DNA of 64,000 nt from Spirochaetia bacterium (GTDB lineage Bacteria; Spirochaetota; Spirochaetia; SZUA-6; Bin103): positions 288,001-352,000 of the forward strand of contig CBDBOV010000003.1 in the NCBI GenBank assembly GCA_965208575.1, read 5' to 3'. The position numbers and the translations under genes were made by a program. Shown piece by piece: positions 18,761 to 28,184 of this stretch (the first letter of the stretch is position 1; every line of letters starts with the position of its first letter). The notes below the pieces were generated by a model, which was not told where the DNA came from, made no database searches, and worked only from the letters and a program-made list of their open reading frames with translations.

Positions 18761-19645
18761 ATGCAGTTCTGGGATCCTCACTTTCACATCTGGGACGCGT
18801 CCGCGGGAGTGGACGACGCCGGATACGGCCTGGCCGACTACGAGCGCGATGTTGCCAGCGACGGCTTCGAGTTGATCGGCGGCACGTTCGTCGAGGTGAT
18901 GAGCGCGCAGCACGCCGGCGTGGAAGGGCAGGCGTTCGCGGATGCGTGCGCCGAGGAAGCGGACTGGGTGTCGCGGCAGCTCGGCGGCGGGCGGCTGCCG
19001 TACGTGATGGTGGCGTCCGCGCCGCTGGAACAGGAGGGCGTTCAGGCGCTGCTGCGGCAACTGGCGGCGGACGATCGGGTGCGGGGGGTGCGTCAGATCG
19101 TCAACCACGAGCCCTCCTGGCCGCGCAACGGCCATCTGGGCAACCTGCTGGAGAGCACGGCGTGGCGGCAGGGATATCGGTTGCTGGCCGAGCATGGGCT
19201 CGGGTTCGACCTGCAGCTCAACCCGCACCAGTACGCGGCCGCGGCACGGCTGTTGGCGGCCAATCCGCACGTTCCGGTAGTAATCGATCACCTGGGGACG
19301 CCGACCTTCGCCGACCTGCGCGGCGACACCTACTGGGACGGGATGCGCGCCCTCGCCGACTGTCCCCACACCACCATGAAGCTGTCGATGCTCCCCTACG
19401 TGGACCGGGAGTGGGACACGAACGCGCTGGCCACGGAGAGCGTCCTGCGCGTGATCGACCTGTTCGGCGTGGAGCGCTGCTTCTTCGCCTCCAACTTCCC
19501 CGTCGACCTGAAGTCCGGGTGGCCTGCCGCGCGCCTGTTCGGCGCCTTCGCACGCTTGGTGAGCGAGATGCCGGAGGTGGACCGGCGGCGGCTGTTCACC
19601 GGCAACGCCATGCGCGCCTACGGCGTCGCCGTATGCGATGGGTAG
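18761..19645 (+). CDS. Amidohydrolase family protein (Amidohydro_2, sugar-lactonase-like)
   Basis: DPHFHIWD, RVRGVRQ, GLGFDLQ, VIDHLG.P, FGVERCFFASNFPVD, GNAMRAY. Confidence 0.9.
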   Translation: MQFWDPHFHIWDASAGVDDAGYGLADYERDVASDGFELIGGTFVEVMSAQHAGVEGQAFADACAEEADWVSRQLGGGRLPYVMVASAPLEQEGVQALLRQLAADDRVRGVRQIVNHEPSWPRNGHLGNLLESTAWRQGYRLLAEHGLGFDLQLNPHQYAAAARLLAANPHVPVVIDHLGTPTFADLRGDTYWDGMRALADCPHTTMKLSMLPYVDREWDTNALATESVLRVIDLFGVERCFFASNFPVDLKSGWPAARLFGAFARLVSEMPEVDRRRLFTGNAMRAYGVAVCDG

Positions 19646-20387
19646 CCGCCCGGGAGAGACCGGCAAGAGCGTGCGCCGCCTTGCTTCGCCGGACCTTGGG
19701 AGACGGTGGAGTACGGGTGATGTGGTGGTGCTCCGGTACATGGGGCTCATGCGCGCGGGCACGCCGGCGATCGTGGTGGAGGATAGCGACGAACGGGTGC
19801 TGGTGTACGTACCGGACGGCGTGCGGTGGTTTGGCTCCGGCGCGGCGGCGGCGGGGCGCAGCGAACGGGTCCGGGCGATTGCGCGCGGCGAGACGGTGGT
19901 AACGGGACGCCACATTTCCTGGCGCAACCACAACCTGCGGGTGCTGTTGCCGGGCCGGCCGTATTCGATCTGGCTGCTGTGGACCCCGGCGTGGGAGTTC
20001 AAGTACTACTACGTGAACCTGGAGGCGCCGTTTGCGCGCTCCGCGGTCGGGTTCGACTCGCGCGACCACGTATTGGACGTGTGCGTCCGCGCGGACCGCA
20101 CCTGGTACTACAAGGACCAGGACGAATTGGACACCCGTATCGAAGTGGGCCTGGTCCCGGCGGAGGCGGCGGCCGAAGTGCGGCGCGACGCGGAGCATGC
20201 GGTGGCGTTGATCGAGGACTGGCAGCCGCCGTTCAGTTCCGGGCTCGAGCATTGGCGGCCCGATCCGGCGTGGGAGGTGCCGGTGCTGCCTGCCGGGTGG
20301 CAGGCCCATCCCTCGAACATAGAGCCCTGGACGCGGGCGCCGACCGGCGGGGTGGCGACCCCTGGCGGCGCGGTGAGCGGAGGGTAG
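19638..20387 (+). CDS. DUF402-domain protein
   Basis: YYVNLEAPF..FDSRDHVLD..WYYKDQDEL..WRPDPAW. Confidence 0.85.
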   Translation: MGSRPGETGKSVRRLASPDLGRRWSTGDVVVLRYMGLMRAGTPAIVVEDSDERVLVYVPDGVRWFGSGAAAAGRSERVRAIARGETVVTGRHISWRNHNLRVLLPGRPYSIWLLWTPAWEFKYYYVNLEAPFARSAVGFDSRDHVLDVCVRADRTWYYKDQDELDTRIEVGLVPAEAAAEVRRDAEHAVALIEDWQPPFSSGLEHWRPDPAWEVPVLPAGWQAHPSNIEPWTRAPTGGVATPGGAVSGG

Positions 20388-20397
20388 GCACTCGGAG

Positions 20398-20626
20398 ATG
20401 GCGGCACGGTGGAACCCCGGAGATTGCGTCGTCCTGCGGGCGGTCGGCCCGCTCACGGTGGGCAAACCGGCGATTGTCGTCGAAGACGGTCCAGAGCGGG
20501 TCATGTTGTACGTGCCGCACGGGGTCCGTTGGTTGGGGCCCGTAGCGCCATCAGGCGACCGCGTGGAGATGATTCGCGCCTTTGCCAGGGGCGAGCGCGT
20601 CATCGCCTTGGAGATGATTCCGTGGC
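20398..20626 (+). pseudogene. DUF402 paralog, 5' part (interrupted)
   Basis: Homologous to the N-terminus of the 19638 gene; joins 24203 to give IPWRNHVL. Confidence 0.88.
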
Positions 20627-20680
20627 TGTTGGGTCTCACGTAATTCTGCTGTTTTTTCGCACGGTAATCTGGACACCATA

Positions 20681-20995
20681 TTATTCTGCACCGGGTTGCC
20701 GGTGGCCGCGGGCGAGATCTCCTGTCGGTGGTGCTGAGGGGTCCTCAGGAGATTGTCTCAGGAAGCCGAGAACGGCAGGATGTTTGAGAGAGAGTTCCTG
20801 TTCGACGAGAGTCAGCTTGACGGGTGAGTTCTGGAACACGGCGCGCAGCATGTCGGTGAAGTTGTGCAGCACCATGGCGCCCCAGATGTCATCACGGAAA
20901 TACACGAAGTAGGTGGCGCGACCGGCGAACGTCCTGGCGTAGGCGAAGTATTCGCGGTCGCTGCCGGCGATTTTTCTGATAGCGACGTTGATCAC
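20681..20995 (-). CDS. Hypothetical protein (transposon passenger)
   Basis: 104 aa, globular-looking composition, starts 10 nt after the ATPase stop. Confidence 0.65.
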   Translation of the reverse strand: MINVAIRKIAGSDREYFAYARTFAGRATYFVYFRDDIWGAMVLHNFTDMLRAVFQNSPVKLTLVEQELSLKHPAVLGFLRQSPEDPSAPPTGDLARGHRQPGAE

Positions 20996-21004
20996 GGAAC
21001 CGAC

Positions 21005-21835
21005 CTACAGAATCTCGGTGGCAGCGAGCCGGACATGCTCGGCGGCGACCACCGAGCAATGCTCGCGAGCGGCCGCCATGAGGGCGCCGCGGGCGAGATG
21101 ATTGGCGCGCCGCAGGAGCCCGCCGGAGCCCTGATGGATGGCGACGGCGGCTTCGTCGCTGAGCAGGTCGGCGCTGCGCCGCGCTGTGGCGGACTGGGTG
21201 TCCCGCCCGGCGGCGAGCTGCAGATGGTGGTCGAGGTAGCCGCGCATGTCATCAAGGGAGAGAGCATCGAGGTGGCTGCGGCCCACGACCCGTGAGGCGA
21301 GCGGGCGCGAGGTATGGAACAACAGGCGGTCAAGCAGGCTGCTCTGGCCGGCCAGCACCATCGGCATCAAGGTCTGCGAATCGAAGGCGAACTGAGTGAG
21401 AGTGTGGAGCTGTGCGAACACCTCGAAGCGGAGCAGATGTGCCTCGTCGACGACCAGCAACGGGGTCTGCTTCTTGCGCCTGATGTCGGTCAGCAGGTCG
21501 CGCACGGTGCGGCTGAGGACGGCCAGTGAGGAGCGCGGGGGGGTGCCCATCTCCAGGCAGATCTGGCGCAGCAGGTCGAGCAGCGTGCCGGTGGTGGCGA
21601 TGACCGCCAGGAGACGGTATTCGGCGGGGTGCAGGGTGCTCGTGACATGGCGCAGGGAAGTGGATTTTCCCGCTCCCACCTCGCCGGTGATGACGGTGAT
21701 GAGGCCGAGCCCGAGGGCATACTGAAAGCGCTCGGTGAGCGCTTTCAGGCCCGGGATCGGGTACAGACCGTTGATCGGGACGTCCTGGGGGAACGGATCG
21801 CGTTGGAAACCGAAGGCATGTCTGAGGTCGATCAT
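21005..21835 (-). CDS. ExeA-like AAA ATPase (transposition helper)
   Basis: Walker A GEVGAGKS, Walker B LLVVDEAHLL, LAGQ; ATGA overlap with the transposase. Confidence 0.92.
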   Translation of the reverse strand: MIDLRHAFGFQRDPFPQDVPINGLYPIPGLKALTERFQYALGLGLITVITGEVGAGKSTSLRHVTSTLHPAEYRLLAVIATTGTLLDLLRQICLEMGTPPRSSLAVLSRTVRDLLTDIRRKKQTPLLVVDEAHLLRFEVFAQLHTLTQFAFDSQTLMPMVLAGQSSLLDRLLFHTSRPLASRVVGRSHLDALSLDDMRGYLDHHLQLAAGRDTQSATARRSADLLSDEAAVAIHQGSGGLLRRANHLARGALMAAAREHCSVVAAEHVRLAATEIL

Positions 21836-23148
21836 CGGTCGGACTCCTCGAACAGCTGGCCGCCGCGGGGGCCGGGCTGGGGGTCATCAGCGGGCGGCTC
21901 CGGCGCCGGCTCGAGCTCGGTCTCATGGCCGCTGATGCGGCGCACGCGGCTGTTGACGTGGGGGTTCAACTCACTGAGGAAGCCGTAAGAGCGATCTTCG
22001 AAGAACACCTCGATGCGGGACGGATCAGCCTCATGATAGAGCAGGTTGACGGTGTTCCCGATGAGCCCCACCGGCGCTTCGTAGAGCTTGCCGTAGAGGG
22101 CGACGGCACGATCCTTGTCGACCTTGCGGCGCACCATGGTGCGGAAGTGGTCACGCACATTCTGGGGCGCAGGCCGCAGCAGTTCCAGGTGGCGCAGATA
22201 GCGCTGCAGGGGCTGCTCCCCGGTGCTGGAGTGAAGCCGCTGATGGTAGCTGTGGTCGAGCCACTCGGCAAGCTGGGCGTTGAGCTGCTCGAGGGTATCG
22301 TGATCGCTGACCAGAGGCAGCATCTGGGTGCGTATGGTGCGGAAATAGCGCTCGATTTTACCCTTTCCCTGGGGCGTGTATGGGGTCGCGAAGAGGAGCG
22401 CTATGCCCAGCGATGCACAGGCGTAACTGAGTCGTTGGGAGCGAAAGCTGGGGCCGTTATCGACATACAGTTTGCGTGGCAGACCGCGCGTTTCGAGCGC
22501 CCGCAGCAGGCAGTCCTGGAAACAGTCGATGTTTTCACGCAGATAGAAGCGGGCGCCGGTGATGAGCCGCGAGTGATCATCGATGCAGGCGAACAGAAAC
22601 GTCTTGCGCAGCTTGCCGTCGCTTTTCACGCGCGGGCCGTGCATGCAATCCGCTTGCCACAAGTCGTTCGGCAGTTCCGCTTCGAAGCGCCGCCGGTCCT
22701 GCGTCGCGGGCCGCTGCCGGTGCAGACCATGGCGCCGGAACAATCGGTAGATGCTTTGCCGTGAGGCTGCGAAGTCGGGCGGCAGGAGATTGCGGCGGCG
22801 CGCCACCTGCAGCACCACTGACAACGACGCCTGTGCCAGTTCACGCCGGAGATTGACCAGTGCCAACTCGGTCTCGGGATCGATGCTGCGCCCCACGCCG
22901 GCGTCCGCGCGGTCCTTCGGGAACAGGCTCTCCAGTTTCTTGCCGCTGTGCTCGTAACGCCGCAGCCAGTCGCGGATCGTCGACCGGCTGATCGAACTGC
23001 GCAGCGAGAATGGGATCTTCCATTCCTGCTCCGCCAGGTCCTTGATGCGCGCCTCGCGCTTGCCCTGGTCGAGCTTCGCATACCCGATCAGGCCGGCGAT
23101 CACACCGAACCGGAACAACGCGATCCGCTTTTTCTTCTCTTCCTCCAT
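21832..23148 (-). CDS. DDE integrase/transposase with Mu-transposase-like C-terminus
   Basis: IALFRFGVI, PNDLWQADCMHGP, IDDHSR, LYVDNG, KGKIERYFRT; GGAGG RBS; an in-frame upstream ATG at 23433 is also possible. Confidence 0.92.
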   Translation of the reverse strand: MEEEKKKRIALFRFGVIAGLIGYAKLDQGKREARIKDLAEQEWKIPFSLRSSISRSTIRDWLRRYEHSGKKLESLFPKDRADAGVGRSIDPETELALVNLRRELAQASLSVVLQVARRRNLLPPDFAASRQSIYRLFRRHGLHRQRPATQDRRRFEAELPNDLWQADCMHGPRVKSDGKLRKTFLFACIDDHSRLITGARFYLRENIDCFQDCLLRALETRGLPRKLYVDNGPSFRSQRLSYACASLGIALLFATPYTPQGKGKIERYFRTIRTQMLPLVSDHDTLEQLNAQLAEWLDHSYHQRLHSSTGEQPLQRYLRHLELLRPAPQNVRDHFRTMVRRKVDKDRAVALYGKLYEAPVGLIGNTVNLLYHEADPSRIEVFFEDRSYGFLSELNPHVNSRVRRISGHETELEPAPEPPADDPQPGPRGGQLFEESDR

Positions 23149-23429
23149 GATCGAGGAACCTCCTGGGGTGTTGGTGGCATCAATTTGCTCCCCATTGGTT
23201 CGCCGATCACCGCAAAGATCCGGTAGGCTTGGGGTCACCCAGGCGCCAGTTCGCGTTATTTTCTCCGCTCCGATCATGATCAGCCGCGCCACCAGCGCCC
23301 TGCCCGCAGCGTCGCCCGGACAGCCACCCAAGCGCCAAAGGCGCTCGCCAGCACCGCGGCGGCGTCCTCCTGCACTGCTCACCAGCCACTTGCCCGGTCT
23401 GAGCCGGCACCCCGCGACCAGCACCGTGC

Positions 23430-24041
23430 TCATCGTGCCCCGTGACTGGGTGTCGGCTCATTCCCTGGCTCCTTCAGGGCGCTGTCTGCTGTGCTCCCGA
23501 CGCCATCAAGGTGTCCCGCAAAGCCCACCACCGGCACCGCCAGCACCAACTCGGGGGCGGCATCCACTCGCCGTATCTGGCGGTAGCTCACCGAATGCGT
23601 ACTGACGATGATCAACCGCACCACCAGCGCCTTCAGCGCACTGGCCGCAACCTGGCCCGGCCGGCTCACCGCGGTCACCCCCTCCAGCAACAACTGCCGG
23701 CGCAACCCCTGGCGCCAGTACTGCTGCCGCTGTCGGCTCACCCGCGCGATCCAGCGACCACCCTTCAGCTTGCCCAGCAGGGCTACCAGAATCACTCGCC
23801 ACGGCGCCCAGAACCCGCGGTAGTGGCTGTCCGGTCGCAGCGTGTACACGGTCCCGCAGTCCGGACACCGGTAGCGCTTCATCCACAGCGGCTCGCCGCA
23901 GCCATCGAAGCACCGTCCGACATAGCCATGGCCCCACGGCCGCCTCCGACCGCACTCCAGGCAGCGCTCCGGCCGCGGCCACCGATACTCCTTGCCCTGT
24001 TCCTGAAGTCTCTTGAAATCAACCGCCAGATGGAGTACCAA
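23430..24041 (-). CDS. DUF6431-like zinc-ribbon protein
   Basis: CLECG..WGHGY..RYRCPDCGTVYTLRP. Confidence 0.75.
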   Translation of the reverse strand: MVLHLAVDFKRLQEQGKEYRWPRPERCLECGRRRPWGHGYVGRCFDGCGEPLWMKRYRCPDCGTVYTLRPDSHYRGFWAPWRVILVALLGKLKGGRWIARVSRQRQQYWRQGLRRQLLLEGVTAVSRPGQVAASALKALVVRLIIVSTHSVSYRQIRRVDAAPELVLAVPVVGFAGHLDGVGSTADSALKEPGNEPTPSHGAR

Positions 24042-24057
24042 TCGGCTGTCCTTAGTT

Positions 24058-24100
24058 CAGGGTAGCTGTCCGGTTCTCATCACCTGGGGCAGCTACCCTG
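24058..24100. promoter_or_regulatory. Strong inverted repeat upstream of the first transposon gene
   Basis: CAGGGTAGCTG...CAGCTACCCTG, perfect 11-bp arms. Confidence 0.6.
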
Positions 24101-24197
24101 TTTTTCTGGTCAGTTTACCTCGACTCTCCCGTCCTCCACTCCAGTCGATCGTGAGACGTCCGCCCCCATTCCGCTCAGATCAATCTGAGAGCCGACA

Positions 24198-24630
24198 GTG
24201 GCGCAATCACGTATTGCACGTCCTGCTTCCCGGCCGGCCCTTCTCGGTGTGGCTGTTCTGGTCGGCCGAGTGGGAGTTCCTCTCGTACTACGTGAACATG
24301 GAGACGCCGTTTACTCGGTCGGCGGCGGGGTTCGACACCTGCGACCGTGTGCTCGACATCTGCGTGCGTGCCGATCGCACCTGGTACTACAAGGACCTCG
24401 ACGAATTGGAAGTGTGCGTGGAGGTTGGCCTGATGAGCGCGGCGATGGCAGCCGAGGTGCGCCGAGATGCCGAGCAGGCAGTCGCACTGATCGAGGGCTG
24501 GCGGACGCCGTTCGATGCTGAACTCGAGGGCTGGCGGCCCGACCCGGCCTGGTCAATCCCGTTGCTGCCGGCAGGGTGGGAGGCGCATGCGTCCGAGACT
24601 CAGCCGTGGGTGCGGTTCCCTTCCGAATAG
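24198..24630 (+). pseudogene. DUF402 paralog, 3' part
   Basis: WRNHVLHVLLPGRPFSVW..YYVNMETPF..WYYKDLDEL. Confidence 0.88.
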
Positions 24631-24638
24631 CTGAGCCG

Positions 24639-25295
24639 CTACGGGCCGATGAGGGAGGTCTTGGTCTCCCGAAACCGAGTAACGGTGAAGTCCCAGCGCG
24701 ATGCCTGCTGCGTCAGAAGGCGTCGCGTCGCGTCATCAACCTGGCTCGCAATGTCCCCCTCGTAGTAGGCAAGCGCCTTGACGGCGTCGGTCGGCGGGAA
24801 CTCACTGCCGTACAGCGCCACGGCGGCGCCAAGCCCGTCCTGCAGCGGGATGCCGGCACGCAGGATCGCGGCCAGATCCAGGTAGTCGCGCGCGGCGACG
24901 CGCTGCAGGAGCACCTTCAGCTTGGTGCCGAACAGATCGAGCAGGGAGGCGACTGCCAGCACACCGTCAGCGGTCTGGTCAGGACTACTCACGCGGCCGA
25001 AACCGATGTTGCCGAAGAACGACACCTTCACCGGGTCGGGAGGGTTCACCGAGAGGGTCAACGCCGTGGGCTCGCGCTGGAGAACCTCGGCATCCACGAT
25101 GAACGGAATCTTGTACAACGCCTCGGTGTCGAGCGCCTGTGAGGAGAAGAAATCGAAATCGACGGACGATCTATGTCCCAACCGCAACGCCAACGCGGTT
25201 CCACCGTACAAGACGAAGTTGTCCGGGACTTCGGCGAGGGCAGGCCACAGTTCGCGCTGCGCCTGCGGCAGGATGTCGAGTATCGGTTCGAGCAT
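24639..25295 (-). CDS. AbiEii/AbiGii-family nucleotidyltransferase toxin
   Basis: FVLYGGTALALRLGHRSSVDFDFF, KL..R..RDYLDL. Confidence 0.92.
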   Translation of the reverse strand: MLEPILDILPQAQRELWPALAEVPDNFVLYGGTALALRLGHRSSVDFDFFSSQALDTEALYKIPFIVDAEVLQREPTALTLSVNPPDPVKVSFFGNIGFGRVSSPDQTADGVLAVASLLDLFGTKLKVLLQRVAARDYLDLAAILRAGIPLQDGLGAAVALYGSEFPPTDAVKALAYYEGDIASQVDDATRRLLTQQASRWDFTVTRFRETKTSLIGP

Positions 25296-25297
25296 CG

Positions 25298-25618
25298 CTA
25301 CGCCGGTAGCCGCCGGGCGGGTAGTGCAGGTACCGGTTCGCGGCCCAGCCGGAGATGCCAGAACGCCCACGAGCGGCGATTGAACACACCGATCGGAGGA
25401 TCGTCGAGCACCTGCAGCAGGTGTTCGCTGGCGGCCACCGAGAGCAGCCAACGCAGGTCGTCGGCCGTACCGAGCGTCATCATCTGCGCAAGCAACACCC
25501 GGCCATCGGCAAGCGCACGCTCGGGCGACTGCCACCAGACGTACTTCTTCGCCATTCTCAGGGCGCGGCGGTCGACTTGCAGGCGGCGCTCAAGGTCAGC
25601 AAGGGCGGAGGCGGCCAT
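25298..25618 (-). CDS. Putative cognate antitoxin of the AbiEii toxin
   Basis: KYVWW..LLAQMMTLGT.DD..GVFNRRSWAFWH; ends 2 nt before the toxin start. Confidence 0.7.
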   Translation of the reverse strand: MAASALADLERRLQVDRRALRMAKKYVWWQSPERALADGRVLLAQMMTLGTADDLRWLLSVAASEHLLQVLDDPPIGVFNRRSWAFWHLRLGREPVPALPARRLPA

Positions 25619-25685
25619 CACTGCCGGAACGGTCTCATGAGGTGCACCCGCAGTCAAGCTCCCCACCTGCCGGACGAACGCGAAT

Positions 25686-26948
25686 TCAGCGCGCTTTGCG
25701 TGCGCGGCGGACGCCGTAGGCGGCCCAGTGCAGCCCCGGTACCAGGGTCAGCGGCGCAAGCAGCCAGAGCAGGGGAGCGAGGGGGAGCAGTTCCAGGCCG
25801 GCGCCGGCGCACGCCGAGCCGACCGCGCCGAGCAGGGTGAAGCTGGCGTGCTCGGTGGCGATCACCCGCCCGCGCAACTCGTCGGGCACGGTTTCGAGCA
25901 GGATCTGGGTGCTGAACACCCATATCAGGCCGGAACCCACGCTGCGAATTGCCGCGCCGATCATAACCAGCGGCAGGCTGGACAGCGGAGCGGCCAGCGC
26001 AAGGCCGGCGCACATCAGCAGGTAGCCGGCCAGCATCGCCCAGCGCAGCGACTGCTGCCGGGCGCCGAGCATCGGTTGAATCACCAGGGGACCGAGCGCG
26101 GAGCCGACGCCGCCGGCGGCGAACAGCAGTCCCACCGTGGTGCCGCCGCCGACGCCGATAGGGAACACCGTCCCCGCGATGGCGACGCTGGCGACCTGGA
26201 AGGCGGAGAAGAAGATCGACAGAAAGCCTTTCTGCAGGGCGACCGCCAGCACGCGGCCCTGCTTGCCCAGGTAACGCAGCGACTCGGCGTACTCGGCGAT
26301 GCCGGCCCGTACGCTGCCGACGAGGGTAGCGGGCGTCGCGGTCACCGAGCGCCGGCCACCCGCGGCGTAGGGCATGCGGACCAGCAAGAGCGCCGACAGC
26401 AGGTAGGTGGCGGCGTCCAGGATGAACGCGGCCGCGATGCCGAACACGCCGGCGAAAATGCCGCCGGCAGCGGCGCCGATTGCCAGCATGGCGGCCCAGG
26501 TCGCCGAGCTCAGGGCATTGGCCGGCCCCAGCAGCCGGCGCGAGGCGACCTCCGGCAGGATCGCCACCCGCACCGGAAAGAACACGCCGCTGATGCCCAC
26601 CTGCAGCGCGGTAAGCGCGAACAACAGCCACACGTGCTGCGGCTCGCGGACGAACAGGAGGCCAAGCACCGCCACGGCGCGCAGCAGGTCGGTGGCGATC
26701 AGGATGCGCTTGCGGTTGTAGCGGTCGGCCAGCACGCCGGCGAGCGGACTGGCCAGGAACGAGCCCAGCATGCGGATGGCGAACAGGGCGCCGAGCGCCG
26801 CGCCCGCTCCGGTGAGCTGCGCCAGCAGCGTGGACGAGGCGATGACGTTGAACCAGTCGCCGAACAGGCTGGCGATCTGCGCGAACCACAGCAGCCGAAA
26901 GGCCCGGCTGCCGCGTAGCAGCTCGCCGTAGCCGCCACGGCTACGCAT
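25686..26948 (-). CDS. MFS transporter
   Basis: FRLLWFAQIASLFGDWF, GVLADRYNRKRILIATD, VPDELRGRV; about 12 hydrophobic segments. Confidence 0.92.
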   Translation of the reverse strand: MRSRGGYGELLRGSRAFRLLWFAQIASLFGDWFNVIASSTLLAQLTGAGAALGALFAIRMLGSFLASPLAGVLADRYNRKRILIATDLLRAVAVLGLLFVREPQHVWLLFALTALQVGISGVFFPVRVAILPEVASRRLLGPANALSSATWAAMLAIGAAAGGIFAGVFGIAAAFILDAATYLLSALLLVRMPYAAGGRRSVTATPATLVGSVRAGIAEYAESLRYLGKQGRVLAVALQKGFLSIFFSAFQVASVAIAGTVFPIGVGGGTTVGLLFAAGGVGSALGPLVIQPMLGARQQSLRWAMLAGYLLMCAGLALAAPLSSLPLVMIGAAIRSVGSGLIWVFSTQILLETVPDELRGRVIATEHASFTLLGAVGSACAGAGLELLPLAPLLWLLAPLTLVPGLHWAAYGVRRARKAR

Positions 26949-27090
26949 GGCGCGCCTCCGGCCGGCGCTGCGCCCGGAACCCCCGGCTGCCGCGCAGCAA
27001 TTCCCCGTAGCCGCCACGGCTACGCATGGCGCGCCTCCGGCCGGCGTCGTGCCCGGAACGCCCGGCTGCCGCGCAGCGACTCGCCGCCGC
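26903..27090. repeat. ~79-bp tandem repeat (2 copies plus a partial) covering the MFS start codon
   Basis: CCCGGCTGCCGCG..CCGTAGCCGCCACGGCTACGCATGGCGCGCCTCCGGCCGGCG repeated. Confidence 0.85.
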
Positions 27091-27257
27091 CGCGTTCACG
27101 CATGCGGCGCCGCCGGCAGTGACCACGACGGGCCGCCCGCGGCGGAGTTGGAGCGAGCCATCGCGTGTCTCCTCATCGGTTGGCGGGATGGTGAGAGATA
27201 CCAGCCGCCGGCGTCAACGAGCAGATGCAACTCGCGCGATAGGGTAGGTTGTGGCCC

Positions 27258-27698
27258 ATGGAACGCGTATCGACCTCGCCCGACGAATATCTTGCGACGC
27301 TGCCGGAGGAGTTTCGCGGCGACATGACCGCGCTGGACGAGCGCATCGCGGCGGCGCTGCCCGGGCACCGGCGCTGCCTGTGGCAGGGGGTATTCTGGGG
27401 CGGCAGCTCCCAGTCGATCATCGGCTACGGCGACTACTCGTACCTGCGCTCGGACAAGAAGCAAGTGGAGTGGTTCGTCGTCGGGCTCGCCCGGCAGAAG
27501 AACTACTACAGCGTCTACGTCAACGCCGCCGACGGCCGCCGCTACCTCACCGAGGCGTACGTCGGCCGGCTCGGCAAGGTGAAGGTAGGCAAGAGCAACG
27601 TGACCTTCCGCCGTCTCGCCGACGTCGAGTTGGAGGTACTGATTGAGCTGGTCGAGCGTGCCGGCGTGCTGATGAGCGCTGACGGCCCCGGTCGCTGA
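27258..27698 (+). CDS. DUF1801-domain protein
   Basis: SPDEYLATLP..IIGYG.Y.Y..EWFVVGLARQKNYYSVY..GKVKVGKS. Confidence 0.85.
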   Translation: MERVSTSPDEYLATLPEEFRGDMTALDERIAAALPGHRRCLWQGVFWGGSSQSIIGYGDYSYLRSDKKQVEWFVVGLARQKNYYSVYVNAADGRRYLTEAYVGRLGKVKVGKSNVTFRRLADVELEVLIELVERAGVLMSADGPGR

Positions 27699-27938
27699 GC
27701 CGGGGACAAAATGAATCGCGGCGGTGTCGGGGCATCGAGTTCGTTGCGGGCGACGTAGACGGGAGCCTGCCGGGAAGTGGCTCACCAGCGCGCGCCGGAT
27801 CGCGGCACACTGTGGTCGATGCCGGCCAAGCAGTTTCTGCCGCCCCCGTCGTTTACACCCACTCGGGGCACTCAGTTGATCCTCCTGGATGCCGGGTACA
27901 TACTGTCGGTATCACCAGGTCGTCCAGGGAGGCTCATC

Positions 27939-28178
27939 ATGTCCAAGCTTCTTTCCCTCAAAGTTCGGGAGGAGGTCTTTCGCGAGACCGAGGAGATTCT
28001 ACAGCATCTGCGGAAGCCTCGGAACGCCTATTTCAATGACGCCATCAATCTTTACAACAAGCTTTGGAAACGGAGAGCCCTCAAGGAGGCCCTGCTTCGG
28101 GACTCCGCTCTGGTTGCGGAAGATTCCCTGGAAGTGTTGGAGGTGTTCGAACAGTTAGAGGACGAGCTGGTTGAGTAA
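27939..28178 (+). CDS. Putative antitoxin (RHH-like)
   Basis: LSLKV..PRNAYFNDAI; GGGAGG RBS; directly upstream of the MazF gene. Confidence 0.75.
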   Translation: MSKLLSLKVREEVFRETEEILQHLRKPRNAYFNDAINLYNKLWKRRALKEALLRDSALVAEDSLEVLEVFEQLEDELVE

Positions 28179-28184
28179 CACCTC

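Larger units (their letters stand above)
20627..24197 (-). mobile_element. Transposon with DUF6431, DDE transposase, ExeA-like ATPase and a small ORF
   Basis: Ends TGTTGGGTCTCAC.. / TGTCGGCTCTCAG.. (revcomp); 5-bp TSD GTGGC at 20622-20626 and 24198-24202. Confidence 0.93.

Noticed and set aside
18350-20002. 550-aa minus-strand ORF
   Set aside because: Only the last 95 aa (AbrB antitoxin) are credible; the rest is antisense to the amidohydrolase.
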